From assembly GCA_009602725.1 (NCBI GenBank), contig WELB01000028.1:427545-485912 (forward strand): DNA of 58,368 nucleotides, given 5' to 3'. Below the pieces are notes generated by a model. The model was not told the origin of the DNA. It was given only the letters and a program-made list of their open reading frames with translations, and did no database searches. Source of the stretch: Spirogloea muscicola (taxonomy: Eukaryota). Position 1 is the first letter of the stretch. Each line of letters begins with the position of its first letter. Both the position numbers and the translations under genes were made by a program. Below are positions 1 through 13,200 of this stretch, piece by piece.

Positions 1-1
1 T

Positions 2-205
2 GCTTTGCACCAGAAAGCTGGGCGAGCTCTAGTTGGTAGCAGAAGGGCTTCGTATCTGCCATCTAGTATCCAGGCATCGGTTAGCGACCTTTATGTTTTG
101 ACCCGTGGTTACTGAGCGGGTCAATCTACCGTAGGTTATGTAGGTCTTAAGATGTGCTTGCCTTTGTACTTGGCCATTTGGCCTTCGTTTGTTTCAAATA
201 CACGA
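2..205 (+). mobile_element. 3' end of CRE-like non-LTR retrotransposon (diverged subfamily E): ORF end plus 3' UTR
   Basis: 2-116 translates ALHQKAGRALVGSRRASYLPSSIQASVSDLYVLTRGY*, matching the C-terminus of the RLE ORF at 42035-43111. Its UTR recurs at 499-568 and, inverted, near 41425-41535. Confidence 0.7.
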
Positions 206-498
206 AATCTTCCTTCAGCGGCCCATGGCCTACGCCTTGCATCTGCGTGCTGGCCGTGCTCTCGCCGCGGCCCACGGCTTTCGTCAGGGGGATAGTTTCC
301 CGGCAGCTAGTCTGTCGGATTTGAGGCTCCTCACTTGTAACTACTGAGTGGTCCATCCTCCCCCGTTCTGACGTAGCATCTTCAGGCCCCTTAAAGGCTG
401 CTTAGCGCTTTTTAGGCCCCTCCATCATTTGGCCCCTTCGAACCTTTGTCAATTCTTTTTCGGGCTGGCTTTTCACAGCCATTGCCCCCATTGGGAGC
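206..498 (+). mobile_element. 5'-truncated CRE-like element (subfamily B) nested in the UTR of the previous copy
   Basis: Closely similar to 42970-43245. Flanked by a 70-bp direct repeat (136-205, 499-568, one mismatch). Confidence 0.8.
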
Positions 499-1776
499 TT
501 ATGTAGGTCTTAAGATGTGCTTGCCTTTGTACTTGGCCATTTGGCCTTCGTTTGTTTCAAACACACGATATTCCCCCATTGGGCGTGCCACTGCGAGTTG
601 GCGCTCGATAACCTCAATCTCAGGAGCTTTGCACATCGAGGTGTCTTGACGCCCGGCGCTGGCCAAAGCTCGACTTCCGTGTGCAGCTGCTCCTCAGCGG
701 CTGCCGTTCCTGCTCTTGATCCCCCCTTGAGATCAGCAGCCGCTTCTCCGTCGAGGGCTCTGGCTGAAGCCTTCCGGCTGGCTTTGCTGCTACTCGTCAC
801 GGCCAACGGCTTGTTCACTCCTTGCTCAAATGAGCTCGAGCAAGGCCCAACTCACTTGGAGCTGCTGCGACGGTTACGCAGCTCGCCTGTGTCTCCAGCT
901 TCAGCGCCACCCCACTGCCAGATTTCGTCATCAGCCTCGCGGTCTCCGGCGTCATTGTTCGTCATAGATTTGCGCACGTACTGTGGCAATCCTCCTCCCA
1001 CACTATGGCGCATTACCTTGGCACAGTGGCCGGCGGCCTCGAGCTGCTGGCGGCTGACGAGGTGCCGGATACACCCACCAATCTTCTTCGATCCCAGTCC
1101 TGCCACCAGCGCATGTGATGCTTCCAGTCCTTCGATGCTGCATTCTCTCTTGGCCTGCAAGTGGTTCGGCCGTTAACTAAAGCTGTCGGTGGAATTTTGA
1201 TCACCACAGATCCTATCTGCAAGCATGTCGTGGAGCGCCCCGGCAGCAGTTGTGGACAGCCTGCAGGGGTATCTCCTTTTTGACACCGCCGCATTGCCAC
1301 AGGTGCGATGAGGCTTAAGCTATGCTTTTGAGGCCCTCCCACATGACCACCCCAACACTTTGTGTCCTATCGCTCATTGGGCTATCACCACATTGCATGC
1401 TGTCAAGCTGCAGCGGTGCTGGTGCGCAGACCTTCCTTAGCATAGACTTAGGGGGTCCCAGCCCTGGTCAAGCCCGTCCTGTCGTCCTCCGTGACACTGA
1501 TTTACAACTTTGCTTCACTTGCTCCCGGGCACTCCTGTGGGCAAGACTTTGGTCGCGTCTTGAACGTGTCCACTGCCTGTCGGGTTAGGCAGTGAAAGCC
1601 GCACCTGAGCTCGCTGAGAGTCGCAGCGCGAGTCTGGGAGACAGGCCAGGTCACGGTTACCGTCAGCTTCCACTACTACTGGTGGCCGTCAATGCCAGTC
1701 CTTGAGTTGTTTAGCAGGGTTTATCGCCTGCTGGCCCACCCATGACTCTGCTTGGCGTGGCTGCGCTGGTGCATAG

Positions 1777-4700
1777 GACGTCACTGCACTCCGGTCGCTG
1801 GACAATGTCTACCACTTTCTGTTGCGCAAGAACGTAATGCAGGCACCTCCTGTGCACCTCTTCTGACAGCTTGCAGTGCTGCAGCTGCATCCTCGAGGCG
1901 GCCTGCTTGTCATGAGAGGGTAGTTCGGCAAGAGGCCAACATGCAAGAGGGTGCCCCTCGTGCTTCCTGCAGAATCTGCCGCTGACCAAGGACGCGGCTG
2001 CGCTGTATCTTCCCGCTCTTGCCAGCGAGGTTTGTCGTACCCTTGTTCTATCATGTGCTTTAAATGTTTGCGTGATGTACTGCACTTTTTTCTGCGAGCA
2101 TCTGGGTAAGCCGACGGATTCAGGTTGTTCTCGGTATCCTCAAAATTAGTAGGTACTCCAATTGATCAAGCCGTCAACCTTTTCAGGTGGACTGGCAAGC
2201 AGCGGAGGCGGTCTTCTGGCCATGGCAAGGAGCTGCTGGCCATGGCCGATGTGACAGGGTGCGTGTAACGCCCCAACTCACACTTCGGAACTCATGTCAA
2301 GAACATAAACTGGTCAAAACCACTCAGTGTACGTTCTCGGTGCAAGCGCGTGCAGCCCCCCCAAACCTTGGCTTTCCGTGTCACCTGCACCCGGACATGC
2401 CGGGAGCTGCCCAGGCACGGGTACTCCTCTGAAAATGCAGCAGGTGTGCTAACAGGAACTTATAACGTGCCTGTAGGACTTGCAACTTAATGTAACTGGA
2501 TATGGAGTCTCAGCTCAGACATTGCTGACAAGTGATTTGGGAGCAGCACAGTGTGGACTGCTGATAAACTGCTTGCCTCCCCTCTTGCAGCCCTTATAGG
2601 CGCAGGCATCCACATGCAGCTCGGCTGGAGGGTTGACATGCGCCACTTTGACGGTGTGGGTCCCCCATCCACCAGGAGGCATCGCATAGTGCTCCAGCGC
2701 AGCCTAGACTCGATCCGGCAGCTTCGTGATGTCCATTTCAGGCTGTTGTATTTGCCCTGCTTCTCCACAGCTCAAGCAGCCACCAGAGGTTGTGTGATAG
2801 TATAACGCCCATCCTGACCGAGCTGTTGACTGCGGATGTTGTTTGCTGGCTGAATATCTTGCAGTGGAGATCATTGCATGGATCTGTGACAGCGAGCTCA
2901 TATTGGCCATGTGCCTGCTATACGGGTGACGCTTGCCGATTGCCGATTCGCCAACCTCAATTCATGACCTTATCAGCCGCTGCACTTGCTGCTGTTGTTG
3001 GCCACCAAGATGGACTTGTTTTGGAACGCAGTAGACTTTTTGGTACGCAGTAAGACCACTGCTATAGATTGCCGAGTTATGACATTGTCCAGACAGCACC
3101 ATGGCCGTGGTTATTGATTTGGAATTCCTGATGTCCATGTATGCAGCGGACAACAGCTTCAAGGAGGTCTAGACGTAGCTCATACGACGGCAGAACTGGA
3201 GGATGCCCCCTCTGCATGTTGTCGACCAGGAGGTATGGGCAGTGCGTTGCCCGGCAACCGCCAGGCCAACAACAAGACCAGGCTACAGGCACGAGCTAGA
3301 AGTGCAGGAAGGCAGGTGAGCATTGCCACTTGACAGGAACTTGAGGACCAAGCTCGTAAGACAGCAAGAGCATGTAGAGATGTTATTGGTTGAGTTGGTT
3401 GACTTCGTCCTTCTTGGTTGCAGCCAAGCATGGCTTGTGAGCATACTTCTGTACAATGAATGTCCCTCGACCCAGATTGTAGGAAGCTTACACATAGCAA
3501 ATTCATGAAGTGCAGTTATACTCACAACGTACATACCGCAAGGCCCTTGGCCCCACAGCCCTGCGCCCGAGGTACTGGCTTCCACGTTCTGGTGAGGCGG
3601 CATGGACAGACAAATATTACCAGTCGAGTTTACTAACGGCCTTATTTCACAAGCTGTTCTCGCCTAAGTCTTGGGCTCCGCAAAATCTCAGTTTGCCTGC
3701 TCGGTGCATGACGGACATACATGCAGTGTGGCATACGGCCTCCTCCAAATGGCAGACATCAAGCCTGGACACGTTGTGCTTGATCCCATGTGAGGCATCT
3801 GTCTGCAGTCATAAGCTTGTTGAGAGATCATTAGATCTACACTGGCCGCGCTTACTATTGCCGCAATCCGCCACAAATAATGAAGGCCACTGGCCATCAG
3901 TTTGCAGATGCTGTGTCGCTAGAGTACTTCTCTGTGTGCGGCAAACCCTTCGTGTCACAGTTGACAGGAGGGTGGAACAAGAGCCTTGGTTTGCAGCTTG
4001 TTGCTTGCAGCAAAGCTTGAGTAAGCCTGAAAGTAGGAGCTACTCATGTTGGCTGGCCTGTAGGTGTGGCTGCGGGACTATATCTCTGGAAGCCGCCGGG
4101 ATCATGGGCTCGAGTATCTGCACCTTGGGAGCAGACTTGAAAGATGCGGCAGTTGCTGCTGCGAGGGTCAACGGGATGGCATGCTTTCCAGGTGCTAACA
4201 ATTAGGAGTAAACAAGCCATGCATAGATTACATACCAACAGTACATTGTGGATTTCCACGGTTGTACATCTGCTTATTGGTGCGAGGACATTTTCGACTG
4301 AGGGTGGTAAAGTCTGATGTGATCATAGCAGATTGCACAAACTTGGACGCGGCTGCAGGCCAGACAGGAAGCTGGTGCGACGTGCTACAGTGGGATGCGA
4401 CGCACATGCCATTCCGCTCTGACTTCATCGACCGCGTCGTCTGCGATATGCCATTTGGTAACCGGAGCGGTATAGCCCTGTCCATGCATTGACATTCTCA
4501 AAAGCAGGGCTGCCTAGCCGTGACGTGGACTAAATGGATCACGGCAATCAATCTTTGTGTACCCTAAATGCAAGATACACATGCGCTTTATTAATAGCGC
4601 TGCTGTGATTATGATTTAAGCCTAGAGTGGGTGCAGGTACGTTCAAGTCGAGGGAGCGCTTGGGCCCAAAGGTTGTGCAGGAGGTGGGTCGACATAGGTG

Positions 4701-5490
4701 CCCTCGTGAGCACTTTGGGTTTTTGCATGCCATGATGCATGTTTCTCTTGCAATTCTCTGTATTCTATGTCAAGGCGACAGGAAGAGAGGGTAAACAATA
4801 CGAAACATGTTTGCTAATCAATTGCTCCATTGATACTATCTGAACAGGTCATCCGGATTCTCAGGCTGACTAGTGGTGAGGATGGCACGCTGGGTATCTG
4901 CTCCATAGCCGATCGACATACCTATGATGCACCATCACAGAGCCTCCCAATTTGTTAATACCGGCGCGGCGTATGATCAGTCATCCGTACATGATTGGGG
5001 GGACCAAGTGATTAGCCCATGCAGATCTGTCATGGTTGTGATCATAGGTTGTCTGATGGACTGAAGCTGCTTCATCTGCAAACCTCGCAAAGTCACCAGA
5101 TGAAGCCTACTCAGTTGTCTGCTTGTGAGGTCTCTACAGGTGTTGCAGTCCTGATGTGCCAAGGAAAGACCATGAGGCACGAGATAGAGGTTGTGCAGAG
5201 GCGGTACTTGCAAATCCAGAAGCTCCTTCCCCTTGAGATGGAGGTCAGAGACCTCACCTTGCAGATGCTCCTGAATTGTCTGGCCTGCTCTTGTTAGTAC
5301 CTCAGCCCTTCGTTGAGATTGTGTTGTTGAAAGCTCTGAGATTGCTTGGCAGAAAGTCAGGAAGTCAAGAATGGTTAATTAGCATTGCAACTAATCTCTC
5401 ATCTAGTAATACTTAATGTTTGGTGGTCAGGGCCTTTGGGTGGATGTGTACATTCTTCACAGGACACCTGAGCGATGGACACATCCTTGA
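1777..5490 (+). CDS. THUMP-domain SAM-dependent RNA methyltransferase (THUMPD2/3-like), multi-exon, 5' end not located
   Basis: Spliced exons: DVTALRSLDNVYHF (1777), VDWQAAEAVFW, GAGIHMQLGWRVDMRHFD/VEIIAWI (THUMP), RKALGPTALRP, HVVLDPM/CGCGTISLEA (motif I), QWDATHMPFRSDFIDRVVCDMPFG (motif IV). Last exon GLWVDVYILHRTPERWTHP* ends at 5490. Confidence 0.8.
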
Positions 5491-6574
5491 GTACTGTACC
5501 GCCCACCTTGGTTTTGTTCTTGACTAATACCATCTCGATTGTTCTGAAGACAGCTGATTACCAATGACCAATTACCGATGACATAGTCATTGGAAATAAA
5601 ACCAATCATCATATTGCGCGCAGGGCGGGGGCAGGCTATTGTAATTGGAGATCTTGTGCACCAATGAGTGGGGCACAGCCTTCAGCTCTTGTACTCCTCA
5701 ACGTTCTGGTTGCTAATCGGAAGGAGGCAGGTTAGCTGACGACCCAGCACAGAGCCTTGTTTGATTATCGTAGCTCTGTCCCTTGCCTGGCCACGTATAC
5801 CTTGAAAAGCAGCATGATGCCAAGCTACATGACGCATCCATATGGAGATTTGCTGCTAGTGGTCACTACTGAGCGTGGCTACCATCAATCAAGTGATGAA
5901 TTGTGCGGCATTTGTGCCGCTTTATGAAGGCATGTCCCAGCAAGGTGCTCTATGACCTTCCATACCTCTGCATATACTTGATGGCAGCTACATAGCAGTG
6001 TTCTGATTCTGACAACCTTAACACAGGCATTGGGTCTGTTGGAGGAGGTATGCCTTTTTGCAGCCATGCCCGATGGACTTCAAGTCCCATCGTGGTTGAC
6101 AGTCACCACTACGGAGTAGGTCAGAGGCAGATACATGCCTCCTCTGTGGCCTACGCAAAGACAGGCAGGCACCATAGGCCTGGTGCCACTAGCGGTCGCC
6201 ACCCAATGTCGGCTCCTGCTTCATTATGGGGCCATTTCCTTACGTGTTTCTCAAACCTGGTGTGTGAGAAGCAATTAGTGCCGTTCAACATAGCAAGGAG
6301 AGTGGCCTGCACATGTGCTTTGGCATGCCTCCCAGTATATTGCTTGGCATTGCAGCGCACTGCCCTGCAGCCTTCGACCGGGTCTCACCATGCTGATTTC
6401 TTGGAGGCTGAAGTGCTAAGGCGGTCAAGTGTTTCTCCATCGTCTTAGCTTAGGCCAGCGCGCTTGCGGCAGCCATTGGCAACAGTAGATGGTCTAAATT
6501 AACTCTCCATCTTTGTTCTATTCAAATGCCTGCCTATCAAAGGCTGCGTGCCTTGATTGCGGCAGGCACCTGTA

Positions 6575-7815
6575 AATCTTCCTGCTCCTATGGCTGCTCC
6601 TGTGCCTGCTCCTGTCAGAGCTTGGCGTATCAGATTTTCTTGACAAATTCGCCTGTCCTTGAGCATTTCTATTTCTTCCTTCCGTGTAGCCATCAGACTC
6701 CAGAGCTCTTCTCTTTGGGCAGTCACTGACCACATGGCCAAGCTCACGACAGTAGGAACATGGGATCAATGACTGCCCACAGAAAAGAGCTCCGCAGTCT
6801 GATGACAACGTTCAAAAGAGAAAAACAAATGCTGAAAGACAGGCGAATCTGTCAAGAGATTTTGATAGGCGAAGCAACGACAGCTAGCTGATTGATCGTG
6901 GAGCATCACATCATTCGACTTACAGGCGGAATTGGCTGCATAACGATCAATCTGTTCCTGCTTTCGAAATAGACCTCGGCAATAGCAGTTTGCAGCCTGC
7001 TGTGGGAAGAGGAGAAGTGCAGCTGCAAGTGCCTACCTCCAATGGCACTGAGATGCAGCAACTGAAAAGTGTATACCATGCACCTGGTCTGTCATCCAAC
7101 CAACTGTCTGCGTCTCAGCTGTTAGTTCAGGAATATCAAGCCGTTTTCGAGCGAGACATCTGTGCAATCAGAAAATTTGTTGTTCCCACAGCCTGAGCCT
7201 GTACCTGCACTTGCCCGTCCAGAGCAAACAGATCTCCTGATCTTCGTCCTGTCCTGATTTGAAGACCAGATTTTCTGATTGTACAGATGTCTCGAAAACG
7301 TCGTCGAAAGTCGTCGAAATCGACTTGATATTTCTGATCTAACAGCCGAGACACAGACAGTAGATTGGATGCCAGACCAGCTGAATGGAAGACATTTTTC
7401 AGATGCTGCATCTCAGTGCCATTGAAGGTAGGCACTTGCAGCTGCACTTTCTACTCTTCCTGCAGCAGGCTGCGCACGGTCATCGCCGAGATTTATCTTG
7501 AAAGCAGGAACAGATTGACATTATGCAGCCAATTCCTCCTGATGTGATGCTCCACTATCAATTAGTTCCTGCTTTTTCAAGATGTATCTGAGCAACATCA
7601 AGATCAGCCAGAGCAGTAAGTTGTACAGGTGAGTGAGATCTGAGTCTGTCTGCCGCAATGAGCGGGTCTGCATCTGTGCTGCCGCGAAAAAGGCGGTCTG
7701 CTGGGCCTGTGGAGAAGGGCTGATGGAGGACTCTGACTGGAGATTAAAAACGAATCTGAGAATGTTGATTACAGCAGACAGGAGCAGGCACAGGAGCAGC
7801 CAGAGCAGGAAGATA
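6575..7815. mobile_element. Scrambled Ty1/copia gag-protease remnants in both orientations
   Basis: CSYCRELGHVVSDC zinc knuckle (- strand, about 6720-6760). Protease-like IDRGASHH (+, about 6891) and IDSGASH (-, about 7560). GRGEVQLQV..VYHAPGLSSNQLSASQL (+) and VFHSAGLASNLLSVSRL (-) match the copia post-protease motif. Confidence 0.7.
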
Positions 7816-8548
7816 CACCATCAGCTTTGGCAACAGGGCAGGCTGGAGCTGCTCCATACAGCACTAGCAGCAGCAGGCCTGCGCTTCAGCGGGCACCTTG
7901 CCTCACCATGGCCCCAATGCCAACCGTCACAGCACATCATGGGGCACAAGTGATTGAGGTTTATGGTTTCACTTTCTGTGAGTGATGCCTTGTTCATGCA
8001 TTCACAACCGTAACTGGGACAACTGCAGCAGTTGATGAGAATGAACCCTCATGCCAGGAGCCTGCAGTTCCTGCAAGCTCTAATCGTCATCCTTCAAATT
8101 TTTCTGACTGCGGCACTTCCACATCGTGAATAGCTTGCACCGACTTCTCACACCGTCTGCACCAGCTGTAGCACATGTCACTACATAATTGCTGCCTACA
8201 GTATGACACCATTTGCTTCACCAGCTTTTGCGGCCCTGGGGCAGGTCCCACTACTGCTGCTGGCAGCTGTGGCCATTGCTGGGAACCGGTGCAACCCTCG
8301 AGCGTCAGCTAATTGCACCAGATCTAACAAAGCTAGTGACAGGCCTCTGTGGCTACGTATGCGGTACTTGCACGTACTTCACTGCGAGCAAACCCGTGGC
8401 GGCTGTTGCCATCATTTCTACAAGGACGGCTGAGCCCCGTGCAGCACAAATAATTGGTGGCATTGCTGCAGTTTGCCGCAACGAATAGACTGCCGGGCGA
8501 CTTTGCAAGGTGCTGATCTACTGAAGAGTGCATTCTACTCAGTGTGGT

Positions 8549-9884
8549 TCAGCCACGGCGCATGAAGTCAAAGAGGCCGCGCTTCTGTGTCTCCTCCTCG
8601 AAGACGAACGCCTTGAGGCGGTCATTCTGGATGAGCCGGTATGCAGCCTGCTCCAGTGCGTAGCCCGCCACCGTGGGAGGCTTCTGCAATACCAGCGGCT
8701 CACCCCGGTTGCTGCTCATGATCACGCCCGAGTCCTCGGGGATGACGCCGAGCAGCGGCAGGCCGAGTGTGTCCTGCACATCCTGCACCGACATCATATC
8801 GTTGGAGCTGATGAGGTCGGGGCGGACGCGGTTGACGACGAGCTTGATGTCGGCAATCCCATCGACCTCGAGGAGGCCAATGACACGGTCGGCATCGCGC
8901 AGCGCGGTGACGTCGGGCGTTGTGACGATGATGGCCTCGTCAGCGGGCGCGACAGCAGTGATGAACCCTGCCTCTATCCCAGCGGGGCAGTCGATGAGAA
9001 TGAAATCAGGGCAGCCGTCAGGTTCAGGCCGCTCCTTGAGCGTGTCGACGAGCCACGTGAGGGCCTTGGTGCCGAAGTTGTACGGCATCTTGAACCGCGG
9101 CTTGGCGATGCACAGCAGCTCCAGGTTGGGGCACCGCCGGTCGCGGATCAGGGCCTGGTCCAGCCGGCACTCGCCTTCCATCACCTCCGCCGCCGTGAAC
9201 GTCACCCGCTTCTCCATGCCTGCGTGCATTCAGGTCACGGCCAATGGAACCGCCATCAGCACCGCAAGATGGCCTCTGAGGGCCTCAAACCTCCGATGCC
9301 GTCAATTGGGCTGTCTCGATCGGCTCAGCGCAGCCACACCGCTGGGCGCCCAGATACTGAAGCTGATAACCGATGACCCGTCAACCCTCAATGCTGTGCC
9401 GTCCCGAGAGCGACGGGATGAGGCCCAGGCGCTGACCGAGGAGGAGGTCCAGGTTGCGCAGGCCGATGTCGGCGTCGATCGCGACGACCTTGTAGCCCAT
9501 GCGTGCGATGGCGATGCCCAGGTTGGCCGTCGTCGTGGTCTTGCCCACACCGCCCTTGCCGCTGGTGATCACGGCGACGCGCGGCGGCGTGCCGCGCATC
9601 TGCGGCCGCTGGCCCCAGCTGAGAGCCGCTGTTGCCGCCGCCGCCGCCGCCCACCGGCCCCCCTTCCGTTGACGCGCCGCCGCCGTGACGGCCAGCAGCT
9701 CGGCCGCGGGCCGTCGCCATGGGCCCTCGGCGAGCTCGCTGCGGTCCCCCAGGAAGCCAACGCTGCGGCCAGGCGTCGCTAACGAGGCCGGGGCTGGTCG
9801 TACACAGCGGCCAGCCCCTGCTGCTGGTGCGCCGGCGGCTGTGGCGGCGGCATGGACGCAGTGAGCGCTCGCGGCGGCGGCCAT
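8549..9884 (-). CDS. minD: Plastid division ATPase MinD with transit peptide; exons 9884-9437 and 9219-8549
   Basis: Deviant Walker [63 protein letters not shown] and C-terminal KRGLFDF. Ala-rich N-terminus; GT-AG intron in phase. Confidence 0.95.
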
Positions 9885-10223
9885 GCCGCAGCGCCTCTGC
9901 GGCGCGCGGCACTCAGGCAGAGCGCGGGTGCGCCCGCCAGCNNNNNNNNNNNNNNNNNNNNNNNNNNNNNNNNNNNNNNNNNNNNNNNNNNNNNNNNNNN
10001 NNNNNNNNNNNNNNNNNNNNNNNNNNNNNNNNNNNNNNNNNNNNNNNNNNNNNNNNNNNNNNNNNNNNNNNNNNNNNNNNNNNNNNNNNNNNNNNNNNNN
10101 NNNNNNNNNNNNNNNNNNNNNNNNNNNNNNNNNNNNNNNNNNNNNNNNNNNNNNNNNNNNNNNNNNNNNNNNNNNNNNNNNNNNNNNNNNNNNNNNNNNN
10201 NNNNNNNNNNNNNNNNNNNNNNN

Positions 10224-13200
10224 GGCCGTCGCACCGCACCCCGCAGACGACTCCGGCCAGCGGCTGTCGCGCGAGTGCGGCTCCCGGCTCCGCGGGCGCG
10301 GCAGCGGCCGCGCCGCATGGCGGCCACGCCGGTGATCGCGGCGCCGCTAGCTGGCAATGGCTTCCAGGCCCAAGCGGCGGCGCATCGCGGCGAGCTCCCA
10401 GGCTTGGCAAGTCAGCTGCGCTCCCGGTGAGAGCCTTCTCCATCCAGTGCCATGGCCACCCGCGAGCCTTTCCTAAGCCTTTCCTAACCTTTCCCACGTA
10501 TGTCTGTGCCTTTCCGCGATTGCCGTGGCTGGGCTTGTTCATGGCCAACTTGGCTCACGCCTTAGTACTGCTGGCTCCTGCCGAGCGGCCTGCCGAGCCG
10601 CTCTTGCCCCATGACATTGTACTTAAGCATAACTCAATCACATAATACATCGTTCATGATGAATCTTAAGCATAACCTTCTCCCTTGGTGGTGGCGCGCT
10701 CGCAGGCGGGCCCGATGGCCGGCGCGGCCTCTACCACTGCAATTACTGCCAGAAGGACGTGTCTGGCACGGTGCGCATCAAGTGCGCAAAGTGCCCCGAC
10801 TTCGACCTCTGCCTCGAGTGCTTCTCCGTTGGCGCCGAGCTGAGCCCCCACAAGGCCTCCCACCCGTATCGCGTCATGGTGCGCCTCCTCCTCTCTACAC
10901 ATACCAGCTGCTGCTTGGGAGTTCCAAAGAGCGTCATATGACTGCTTTGCGGTCAAATGGCCGATCAGCTCGCAAATGCCAGGGGATCGTTGTTGGGGTA
11001 GCCTGTCATTGTTTACTGCATGCAGGACAACCTGAACTTCTCGCTGCTCCACCCAGACTGGGCGGCCGATGAGGAAATTCTACTTCTTGAGGTATGGGAT
11101 GCTCAGCACACCTTGCATACGTGATCCAGTTTCTCGTGCTCATTGTAGAAGCTGCGTACTCCAGCTTCGCTGCCCTTATGCACTGCCAGTTGAGCTGGGG
11201 GCAGTGGGCTTTGATTGGCAGGCCGTTGAGATGTTTGGGCTCGGGAACTGGGCAGAGGTGAGCGAGCACGTCGGCACCAAGGGCAAGGTGCAGTGCCAGG
11301 AGCACTTCACGGCAACCTACATGGACTCGCCCTGCTCGCCCCTCCCGGTGTGTGATCAGTTGCCTGCGTTGTCATATTGAAGGCATTATCAAATTCTCCA
11401 CCGACTCCAAGAATGCTACCCATGCAGCAGTGCTCATCATGCTGGCGGGCTGAATGGCATAACACATCTTTAACCTCCATGGAGGAGGCAGAAGCAGATC
11501 AGGCTTCTTCATCAGAGGTGTTGAAGCGAAACCTTGCTGTGTCCTCCCAGGACTTGTCTGGCGTCGTTGGGAAGAGCAAGGCGGAGCTTCTTGCTCTCGG
11601 TCGGCAAGGGAAGGACTGGCTGCCGGGTGAAAGCACGATCACCTGCATATGCGCCTACGAGCATTTGCTCATGCAATGACTAGATGAAGCAGGCCGTTTG
11701 CGTCATCCAATGTGCTTGACCAGCTTGATAAGGGCATTTCCTGACATATAAGAGTTATCCATTGCTATGTTCTGCTCCTGAAGGCCAAGCAGCCAATGCT
11801 GGTGGTGGGGGTGGCTTCTTACCTAAGGTGGAGGACACCTCTGAAGCTGCATTGAGGTAGGTGGTCCTTGGTGTGCCCGGTGCTCTTTCAGTGTCATGGC
11901 CAATAGCATCATGAGAAGGTCTGCTCCAAAGCCAGAGTGATCAGAGACTCATGACATGACCTGCAACAAAACACCGTGACAAATAGTCACAACAGTAATT
12001 CTCCTGCTTCTCACTGGTTCACCTGCTTCTGGTAGGCCACACCTGTTTCCGGCGCTTGATTGGCAGGTGTGTGGCACGTTTGCAGGGAGGAGCCGAGGGA
12101 GGAGCGGAGCGCAAGCCCCGAGTACCAGTCCAGCGGTGGGCGGCCCTGAGTCGTCTAGGCCCCTTGATGTACATCTGTCAATGTGCTTGCCTTTGTATTT
12201 GGCCACTCAGGCCCTCCATCACTCTATACACACTCCATGTCTTGCAGAACTGTGTACAGGGGTCCCCTGTCCGGACTTGGTGGCAACCCTCATTTCCATT
12301 TGATGTTTGGAAAGAAGTTCATCATCGGTGCTCATTGCTTTTGTGAACATGCGTCCAAGTGGCAGAAGGTAAAGAAGGACAGATGGCGGCCAAGAGCCGA
12401 GGAGCGTGGGGTGCCGCCACCGAAGGCGGCGAGGGTGGCGCGCGGGGCGCCAAGAAGTCAGCCGGCGGTGCCGGGGCCCTGGCGAAGAAGGAGGAGGACA
12501 AGGTTCCCACGCCTCCAACCGAAGGTGACGCTGCAAGGCAATACTGTGACAGCAGCCAACATTCTCCCTTTCTGCTCCAATTCTCCAACGTTCATTCTTC
12601 GGAGGACTGACCCACTTGGATTGTGCTGCATAGCCATTGCTTGCAGCAGTCCACAGGCGAGGGATCACAGTGGAGCTAGTAAATCTTACAGTTTGACTTG
12701 TCTACTCTGTGCTTCGATAATCATGTGTTTGGTTATTTTGATCTATGCTCAATTGCTATCACCTCTGACAAAGAATGTACTGCCGTTTATACAGAATCCA
12801 TGCAGAGTAACCGCACCATTGGTGGCAAGACGCCGTCGAAGCCACCCTTGCACACTGCCGAAGCTGCTGCAGGCCAGCAGCCAGCGTCCCACGACACTGG
12901 CTCTGGCGGGGGTGCGGACGGCCCCGAGCTCGCAGGCTACAATGCCAAGCGCGGCGAGTTTGACCCGGAGTATGACAATGAGGCGGAGCTGCCTTTGGCC
13001 GAGATGGAGTTCCGCGCTGACGAAGATGCTGACCGCGAGCTGAAGATCCGCATGCTCCACATCTACCGCTCTAGGTACACGCATATACTATCTGAATCTC
13101 TTGTAGGGCTGAAGTTACGAGCATCACATCATCCACTGATTACCGTGAGAGGACCTTGTAAGGAGCTTCTAAGAGGTCCACTAATATGCCATATTTCAGT

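Noticed and set aside
510..1342. Minus-strand ORFs with plausible splice sites
   Set aside because: May be exons of an unknown gene, but I recognise no domain and cannot build a model.
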